Shown one piece after another: positions 10,158-19,400 of a stretch of DNA of 64,000 nucleotides. The stretch is taken from positions 374,666,001 through 374,730,000 of the forward strand of contig OZ024742.1 in NCBI GenBank assembly GCA_964016885.1, given 5' to 3'. Positions within the stretch are counted from its first letter, which is position 1, and each line of letters opens with the position of its first letter. The position numbers and the translations under genes were made by a program. A model generated the notes under the pieces. That model did no database searches and was not told the DNA's origin. It saw only the letters and a list, made by a program, of their open reading frames with translations. The stretch is from Eledone cirrhosa (lineage: Eukaryota).

Positions 10158-11726
10158 ATCATCATCATCACCGTTTTACGTCCGTTCTTCCATGCTAGCA
10201 TGGGTTAGACGGGTTGTCTGTGGGCAGTGTCTGATTGGCTGACCATGCCTTGCTCATACAGGAACTGATTTTGGCTTGATTTCTACAGCTGGATGCCCTT
10301 CCTAACACCAACCTCATTTACAGTGAGTGCCGGGTGCTTTTTTCCGTGGCGCCTACACGTCCACTTTACAGTGTGGGCTGGGGGCATATTGTCTATATGC
10401 TTCAGCTTGTACCCATGGGAGGTCGGGTACTCTGTATTACTGCGTGACGCCAGAGGTCACGGTCGTGTGTCATCGCCTTTGAGAGGTGCAACTGGGTAAG
10501 GTCGGCCCCTATCACCTCATCCCAGGTCTTCTAGTGCTCTGCACCTTTTTATGCAGCTGTCATCTTTTATACGCATCACATGTCCATACCAACGCATCCG
10601 CCTCTCCTGCACACAGCATTTGATTCCTCTTATGCTCAGTCTCTCTCTCAATTCATTTATGCTTTGTCGTTCGCATATATTACTATTACACATCCATCGG
10701 AGCATGCAGGCTTCGTTTCTTTCTAATCTACGTAAGTCTTCCACCTTCAGCGCCCAGATCTCACTACCATGTTACATTGTTGTTCGGATACACGCATCAT
10801 ACAGTCTGCCTTTCATTTTTGGGGAGAAGCCTTTTGCAGCTAGCAGTGGTAGCAGTTCCCTGAACTTCTTCCATCCTGTTCTTACCCTAGTTATTGTACT
10901 TTCTGAACACCCACCTCCGCTGCTAATTCGGTCACCTAGGTAGCAGAAGCTGTCTACTGTCTCTACAGAGCCCTACCAGAGATTGGTGGTACTTGTTTCC
11001 TGTGGCTGTTTGCTGCTTGCTGTCCCAGCACAGCTGCTACATGTGAAGCCTACATTCTTAATTAAGCTTCCTGAGTTCCCGCTACATCTCTTGTGTACCC
11101 ATTGTTTGCATTTGGGGCAGAGAATGGAGTTCCTACCTACACCTTTCCTACATACTGAGCAAGGCCATTTACCTGAGGGGATCTGGGTTCTGTTTTCTCA
11201 GCTACTTACAAGGACCTTAGTCTTTGTCATGTTGACTTTGAGACTCTTTCTTTCTAGTCCCTGCTTCCAAGTTTGGAATTTCTTCTCTAGTTCTACCATA
11301 GATTCAGCTATAAGTGCGAGGTCATCTGCATACAGGAGTTTCTATGGGCATCCGGTCTTAAACTCCTCCGTTATTGCCTGCAGGACTATGATGAACAGGA
11401 GAGGGCTAAGAACAGAGCCCTTGGTGGACACCAAACTGTATGCTAAATTCCTCGCTATACTCATTGCTAATCCTAACTTTGCTGACTGCTCCCCTATACA
11501 TGGCTTATACAGCTTTCACAAGTCATTCATCTACTCCTAGTTTTCTAAGAGCCCACCAGATTATAGTACGTGGAACTCTGTCAAAGGCTTTCTCGAGATC
11601 GACGAATGCCAGGTAGAGTGGCTTACTTTTAGCTAGGTACTTTTCCTGTAACTGCCTCACAAGGAAGAGGGCATCAGTGGTGCCTCTTTCTGGTACAAAC
11701 CCAAATTGCATCTCATCTAGTTTCAT
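10158..11726 (-). mobile_element. 5'-truncated RTE-clade LINE, family B, with RT core (frameshifted)
   Basis: Minus strand: QFGFVPERGTTDALFLVRQLQEKY..AFVDLEKAFDRVPR, GVHQG/VLSPLLFIIVL, LLYADDLAL, VNMTKTKVL, a C4HC3 finger, FCYLG, RWYGHV. The (ATC)n at 10158 is the 3' tail. Confidence 0.95.
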
Positions 11727-11920
11727 GTGTATACATATAATGGATTATCTTGCTAATTTCGACATAGGGCCAACAAGTTAGTTCTTATTTTTCTCTAGTT
11801 CTAATACTTAAATTTCTCATGACATAAACATCCAACCAATGTAGATTAGTCGACAGATTGGATATAAAAGTGGATTGTTGTAGAAATTAGTTAGATGGAG
11901 ACTTTGTCTTTGCCTTAAGA

Positions 11921-12045
11921 CGACCCCGTAAGGATGAAAGCAAAGTTAACCTCAGCGGGATTTGAACTCAGACCATAAAGGGCCGTAACTCTTTGCTGCA
12001 AAGCATGGCGTCCGACGCTACCGATACTGCCAATCCACCGCCCTT
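11921..12045 (-). mobile_element. tRNA-derived SINE, 5' part
   Basis: Minus strand: GGCGGTGGATTGGCAGTATCGG (A box) ... GAGTTCAAATCCC (B box) GCTGAGGTTAACTTTGCTTTCATCCTTACGGGGTCG. Confidence 0.8.
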
Positions 12046-12104
12046 ATCTCTCTAATAATGGTCGCTATGTTATCAACAATAACAGTTCTCACTAATAATT
12101 CTGA

Positions 12105-12237
12105 TTTAGGCACAAGACCAACAATTTGGGGGGAGGGGGGAAGTCAATTAAATCGACCCCAGTGCATTACTGGTACTTCATTTTATCAACCCCGTAAGGA
12201 TGAAAGGCAAAGCTAACCTCAGCAGGATTTGAACTTG
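12105..12237 (-). mobile_element. tRNA-derived SINE, 3' part (same family)
   Basis: Minus strand: GTTCAAATCC..GCTTTGCCTTTCATCCTTACGGGGTTGATAAAATGAAGTACCAG..CTGGGGTCGATTTAATTGAC..CTTGTGCC. Confidence 0.8.
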
Positions 12238-12245
12238 GTTTCTAA

Positions 12246-12452
12246 TTGAAGCACAAGGCCAGCAATTTGAAGAGAAGGGCAAAGTCCATTAAATCGAATC
12301 CAGTGTGTTACTGGTACTTTATTTTATCGACCTTGTAAGGATGAAAGGTAAAGCATGCCTCGGCAGGACTTGAACTCAGGATATAAAGAGCCGTAACTCC
12401 ATGTTGCAAAGCATGTACGACACTGTACCAATTACTGCCAATCCACTGCCCT
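12246..12452 (-). mobile_element. tRNA-derived SINE, near full length (same family)
   Basis: A box TGGCAGTAATTGG, B box GAGTTCAAGTCC, central CCTTTCATCCTTACAAGGTCGATAAAATAAAGTACCAG, and tail GGCCTTGTGC. Confidence 0.8.
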
Positions 12453-12568
12453 GGTTCTGACTAATAATGGCAGCTATGTTATCACCAAATAGCTAGTCTC
12501 ACTAATTGTCTGGCTAATGCCACCACAGTTATGTTGTGCTTTACAACCAACATTTTGGATATATTGAC

Positions 12569-12952
12569 CATCATCATCATATCCATCATCATCCGTCTGT
12601 TCCATGCTTGTTTGTGTTGGCTATGTCTTTCTCAGTAAAGCATCTCACCACTTGTGTTCTTTTGTCATTTCTTCCATGAGCTGCAGTGATCTGAGATCAG
12701 CTCTTACCACTTCAATCCAGGTCATCCTTGGTCTTCCTCTACTGCAGTCTCCTTCCACTGGGATTACTTGGCACTTCTTCACCCAGCGATCATCATCCAT
12801 GTGCATCACATGTCCATACCAACGTCGTCTCCTCTCCTGCACATTACTACTGATTCCTCTTACACCCAGTTTCTCCCTCAGTTCATTCCTCTTTTGTCGT
12901 TCTCACACATTAACATTACACATCCATTGAAGCATACTTGTCTCATTTCTCT
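12569..12952 (-). mobile_element. Older 5'-truncated RTE LINE, family A-like
   Basis: QERRRRWYGHVMHMDDDRWVKKCQVIPVEGDCSRGRPRMTWIEVVRADLRSL is clearly homologous to the 8675-9124 peptide. (CAT)n tail at ~12569. Confidence 0.9.
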
Positions 12953-13422
12953 TTTGCGTATTATATATATTTTATATACATGTATATGGAATGTATATCG
13001 TTGGTGTAGGTCTTGGCTGGAGATGGCAAATTTTCCATCACACCCTTTTATCCTCCTTAGTTCTTCAGCCATTTTCCTCCAAGTGTTCTGCACTAATATT
13101 GAGGCCACACCTTCTGTCTTCTGTGTTCCTAGAAGTCGATGTTGGTGCTGTTCATTGTCTTGTTTCAGTTGGCCTTTGTAGTGTTACAAAGGGCCGCCAT
13201 GTGACTTCATGTTTATGCTGAGTTCACTGTAAAATAGTTGCTAATAAGAAGAGCATCTGAATAATGTACAACAGTCAGGGGAGTGAACAGTGTATGAGTC
13301 ATGAGATACACACACATGCGTGCTTGTGTATGGTAATCATAATAATGATGGCACTTTCTTATCATTACTCATCAATGTTTAGCATTTATTTTCTGTTTTC
13401 ATAGATTAGATAGATTAGCACT

Positions 13423-16400
13423 TTCTGGGGACAGACGGCTAAGATGACAGTGTCTCACTCATAGGACTGTCATGTTCTGGGGATAGACAGACAGCTAGGA
13501 TGACTGTGTCACACTCATAGGACTGTCATGTTCTGGGGACAGACACACAGCTAAGATGACTGTCTCACTGATATGACTGTCATGTTCTGGGGATAGAGCG
13601 CTAAGATGACTGTCTCACTCATAGGACTGTCATGTACTGGGGATAGACAGCTAAGATGACTGTGTCTCACTCATAGGACTGTCATGTTCTGGGGACAGAC
13701 AGCTAAGATGACTGCGTCTCACTCATAGGACTGTCATGTTCTGGGGACAGAGAGGACAGCTAAGATGACTGTCTCACTCATAGGACTGTCATGTTCTGTG
13801 GATAGACAGACAGCTAAGATGACTGTGTCTCACTCATAGGACTGTCATGTACTGGGGACAGAGAGCTAAGATGACTGCGTCTCACTCATAGGACTGTCAT
13901 GTTCTGGGGACAGACAGCTAAGATGACTGCGTCTCACTCATAGGACTGTCATGTTCTGGGGATAGACAGACAGCTAGGATGACTGTGTCTCACTCATAGG
14001 ACTGTCATGTTCTGGGGATAGACAGACAGCTAAGATGACTGTGTCTCACTCATAGGACTGTCATGTTCTGGGGATAGACAGACAGCTAAGATGACTGCGT
14101 CTCACTCATAGGACTGTCATTTACTGGGGATAGACAGCTAGGATGACGGTGTCTCACTCATAGCACTGTCATGTTCTGGGGGCAGACAGCTAAGATGACT
14201 GCGTCTCACTCAGAGGACTGTCATTTACTGGGGATAGACAGCTAGGATGACGGTGTCTCACTCATAGCACTGTCATGTTCTGGGGGCAGACAGCTAAGAT
14301 GACTGCGTCTCACTCAGAGGACTGTCATGTCTGGGGATAGACAGCTAAGATGACAGTGTCTCACTCATAGGACTGTCATGTTCTGGGGATAGATAGACAG
14401 CTAAGATGACTGTGTCTCACCCATAAGACTGTCCTATTCTGGAGATAGATAGAGAGCTAAGATGACTGTGTCACACTCATAGGACTGTCATGTTTCGGGG
14501 ATAGACAGCTAAGATGACTGTCTCACTCATAGGTCTGTCATGTTCTGGGGATAGATAGACAGCGAAGATGACTGTGTCACACTCATAGGTCTGTCATGTT
14601 CTGGGGACAGACAGACAGCTAAGATGACTGTGTCTCACTCATAGGACTGTCATGTTCTGGGGATAGATAGACAGCGAAGATGACTGTGTCACACTCATAG
14701 GTCTGTCATGTTCTGGGGACAGACAGACAGCTAAGATGACTGTCTCACTCATAGGACTGTCATGTTCTGGGGATAGATAGACAGCTAAGATGACTGTGTC
14801 TCACTCATAGGTCTGTCATGTTCTGGGGATAGATAGACAGCGAAGATGACTGTGTCACACTCATAGGTCTGTCATGTTCTGGGGACAGACAGACAGCTAA
14901 GATGACTGTCTCACTCATAGGACTGTCATGTTCTGGGGATAGATAGACAGCGAAGATGACTGTGTCACACTCATAGGTCTGTCATGTTCTGGGGACAGAC
15001 AGACAGCTAAGATGACTGTGTCTCACTCATAGGACTGTCATGTTCTGGGGATAGATAGACAGCTAAGATGACTGTGTCTCACTCATAGGTCTGTCATGTT
15101 CTGGGGACAGACAGACAGCTAAGATGACTGTGTCTCACTCATAGGTCTGTCATGTTCTGGGGACAGACAGACAGCTAAGATGACTGTGTCTCACTCATAG
15201 GACTGTCATGTTCTGGGGATAGACAGACAGCTAAGATGACTGTGTCTCACTCATAGGACTGTCATGTTCTGGGGACAGACAGACAGCTAAGATGACTGTG
15301 TCTCACTGATAGGACTGTCCTGTTCTGGGGATAGACAGACAGCTAAGATGACTGTGTCTCACTCATAGGACTGTCATGTTGTTGCGATAGACAGCTAAGA
15401 TGACTGTCACACTCATAGGACTTTCCTGTTCTGGGGATAGACAGCTAAAAAGACTGTGTCTCCCTGATAGGACTGTCATGTTCTGGGGACAGACAGACAG
15501 CTAAGATGACTGTCACACTCATAGGACTGTCATGTTCTGGGGATAGACAGCTAAGATGAATGTGTCTCACTCATAGGACTGTCATGTTGTTGCGATAGAC
15601 AGCTAAGATGACTGTCACACTCATAGGACTTTCCTGTTCTGGGGATAGACAGCTAAGATGACTGTGTCACTCATAGGACTGTCATGTTCTGGGGATAGAC
15701 AGATAAGATGTCTGTGTCTCACTCATAGGACTGTCATCTTCTGGGGATAGACAGACAGCTAAGATGACTGAGTCTCACTCATAGGACTGTCATGTTCTGG
15801 GGATAGACAGCTAAGATGTCTGTGTCTCACTCATAGGACTGTCATGTTCTGGGGATAGATAGACAGCTAAGATGACTGTGTCTCAATCATAGGACTGTCA
15901 TGTTCTGGGGATAGACAGACAGCTAAGATGACTGAGTCTCACTCATAGGACTGTCATGTTCTGGAGAGAGACAGCTAAGATGACTGTGTCTCACTCATAG
16001 GACTGTCATGTTCTGGGCACAGACAGACAGCTAAGATGACTGTGTCTCACTCATAGGACTGTCATGTTCTGGGGACAGACAGCTAAGATGACTGTGTCTC
16101 ACTCATAGGACTGTCATGTTCTGGGACAGACAGACAGCTAAGATGACTGTGTCTCACTCATAGGATTGTCATGTTCTGGGGATAGATAGACAGCTAAGAT
16201 GACTGTGTCTCACTCATAGGACTGTCATGTTCTGGGGATAGATAGACAGCTAAGATGACTGTGTCTCACTGATAGGACTGTCATGTTCTGGAGAGAGACA
16301 GCTAAGATGACTGTGTCTCACTCATAGGACTGTCATGTTCTGGGGACAGAGAGGACAGCTAAGATGACTGTCTCACTCATAGGACTGTGATGTTCCGGGG

Positions 16401-19400
16401 ACAGACAGACAGCTAAGATGACTGTGTCTCACTCATAGGACTGTCATGTTCTGGGGATAGACAGACAACTAAGATGACTGTTTCTGACTCATAGGACTGT
16501 CATGTTCTGGGGATAGACAGACAGCTAAGATGAATGTCTCACTCATAGGACTGTCATGTTCTGGGGATAGACAGCTAAGATGACTGTGTCTCACTGATCG
16601 GACTGTCATGTTCTGGGGATAGACAGCTAAGATGACTGTCTCACTCATAGGACCGTCATGTACTTGGGATAGACAGACAGCTAAGATGACTGTCTCACTC
16701 ATAGGACTGTCATGTTCTGGGGATAGACAGCTAAGATGACTGTCTCACTCATAGGACTGTCCTGTTCTGCGGACAGACAGCTAAGATGACAGTGTCTCAC
16801 TCATAGGACTGTCCTGTTCTGGGGACAGACAGCTAAGATGACTGTGTCTCACTCATAGGACTTTCATGTTCTGGGGATAGACAGAGAGCTAAGATGAATG
16901 TCTCACTCATAGGACTGTCATGTACTGGGGATAGATAGACAGCTAAGATGACTGTCTCACTCATAGGACTGTCATGTTCTGGGGATAGATAGACAGCTAA
17001 GATGACAGTGTCTCACTCATAGGACTGTCCTGTTCTGCGGACAGACAGCTAAGATGACAGTGTCTCACTCATAGGACTGTCATGTTCTGGGGATAGATAG
17101 ACAGCTAAGATGACTGTCTCACTCATAGGACTGTCATGTACTGGGGATAGATAGACAGCTAAGATGACTGTCTCACTCATAGGACTGTCCTGTTCTGCGG
17201 ACAGACAGCTAAGATGACAGTGTCTCACTCATAGGACTGTCCTGTTCTGGGGACAGACAGCTAAGATGACTGTGTCTCACTCATAGGACTTTCATGTTCT
17301 GGGGATAGACAGAGAGCTAAGATGAATGTCTCACTCATAGGACTGTCATGTACTGGGGATAGATAGACAGCTAAGATGACTGTCTCACTCATAGGACTGT
17401 CATGTTCTGGGGATAGATAGACAGCTAAGATGACAGTGTCTCACTCATAGGACTGTCCTGTTCTGCGGACAGACAGCTAAGATGACAGTGTCTCACTCAT
17501 AGGACTGTCCTGTTCTGGGGACAGACAGCTAAGATGACTGTGTCTCACTCATAGGACTTTCATGTTCTGGGGATAGACAGAGAGCTAAGATGAATGTCTC
17601 ACTCATAGGACTGTCATGTACTGGGGATAGATAGACAGCTAAGATGACTGTCTCACTCATAGGACTGTCATGTTCTGGGGATAGATAGACAGCTAAGATG
17701 ACAGTGTCTCACTCATAGGACTGTCCTGTTCTGCGGACAGACAGCTAAGATGACAGTGTCTCACTCATAGGACTGTCCTGTTCTGGGGACAGACAGCTAA
17801 GATGACTGTGTCTCACTCATAGGACTTTCATGTTCTGGGGATAGACAGAGAGCTAAGATGAATGTCTCACTCATAGGACTGTCATGTACTGGGGATAGAT
17901 AGACAGCTAAGATGACTGTCTCACTCATAGGACTGTCATGTTCTGGGGATAGATAGACAGCTAAGATGACAGTGTCTCACTCATAGGACTGTCCTGTTCT
18001 GCGGACAGACAGCTAAGATGACAGTGTCTCACTCATAGGACTGTCCTGTTCTGGGGATAGACAGCTAAGATGACTGTGTCTCACTCATAGGACTCTCATG
18101 TTCTGGGGATAGACAGACAGCTAAGATGACCGTTTCACTGATAGGACTGTCATGTTCTGGGGATAGATAGACAGCTAAGATGACTGTCTCACTCATAGGA
18201 CTGTCATGTTCTGGGGATAGATAGACAGCTAAGATGACTGTGTCTCACTCACAGGACTGTCATGTTCTGGGGATAGATAGACAGCTAAGATGACTGTGTC
18301 TCACTCATAGGACTGTCATGTTCTGGGGATAGACAGACAGCTAAGATGACTGTGTCTCACTCATAGGACTGTCATGTTCTGGGGATAGATAGACAGCTAA
18401 GATGACTGTGTCTCACTCATAGGACTGTCATGTTCTGGGGACAGACAGACAGCTAAGATGACTGTCACACTCATAGGACTGTCCTGTTCTGGGGACAGAC
18501 AGCTAAGATGACTGTGTCTCACTCATAGGACTTTCATGTTCTGGGGATAGACAGAGAGCTAAGATGAATGTCTCACTCATAGGACTGTCATGTACTGGGG
18601 ATAGACAGCTAAGATGGCTGCGTCTCACTCATAGTAGTCATCTTCTGGGGATAGACAGACAGCTAAGATGACTGTCTCACACATAGGACTGTCATGTACT
18701 TGGGATAGACAGCTAAGATGACTGTGTCTCACTCATAGGACTGTCATGTTCTGGGGACAGACAGCTAAGATGACAGTGTCTCACTCATAGGACTGTCCTG
18801 TTCTGGGGACAGACAGACAGCCAAGATGACTGTGTCTCACGCATAGGACTGTCTTTTTCTGGGGATAGACTGCTAAGATGACTGTGTCTCACTCATAGGA
18901 CTGTCATGTTCTGGAGAGACACAGCTAAGATGACTGTGTCTCACTCATAGGACTGTCATGTTCTGGGGACAGACAGACAGCTAAGATGACTGTGTCTCAC
19001 TCATAGTACTGTCATGTTCTGGGGACAGACAGACAGCTAAGATGACTGTGTCTCACTCATAGGACTGTCATGTACTGGGGATAGATAGACAGCTAAGATG
19101 ACTGTGTCTCACTCATAGGACTGTCATGTACTGGGGATAGATAGACAGCTAAGATGACTGTCTCACTCATAGGTCTGTCATGTTCTGGGGATAGACAGCT
19201 AAGATGACTGTGTCACTCATAGGACTGTCATGTTCTGGGGATAGACAGATAAGATGTCTGTGTCTCACTCATAGGACTGTCATCTTCTGGGGATAGACAG
19301 ACAGCTAAGATGACTGTGTCTCAATCATAGGACTGTCATGTTCTGGGGACAGACAGACAGCTAGGATGACTGTGTCTCACTCATAGGACTGTCATGTTCT

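Noticed and set aside
11921-12452. tRNA genes
   Set aside because: A and B boxes are present, but no cloverleaf is evident and they continue into a SINE body. These are SINE heads.
8564-12930. ORFs such as 8590-9204 (-), 9403-9849 (-), 10551-10943 (+), 10983-11540 (+) and 12604-12930 (+)
   Set aside because: They are antisense shadows of RTE coding fragments.
13423-13600. Hammerhead ribozyme in the satellite monomer (as in newt or schistosome satellites)
   Set aside because: No CTGANGA plus GAAA core on either strand of the consensus. CTATGAG on the minus strand and the CTGATAG variant are only partial look-alikes.
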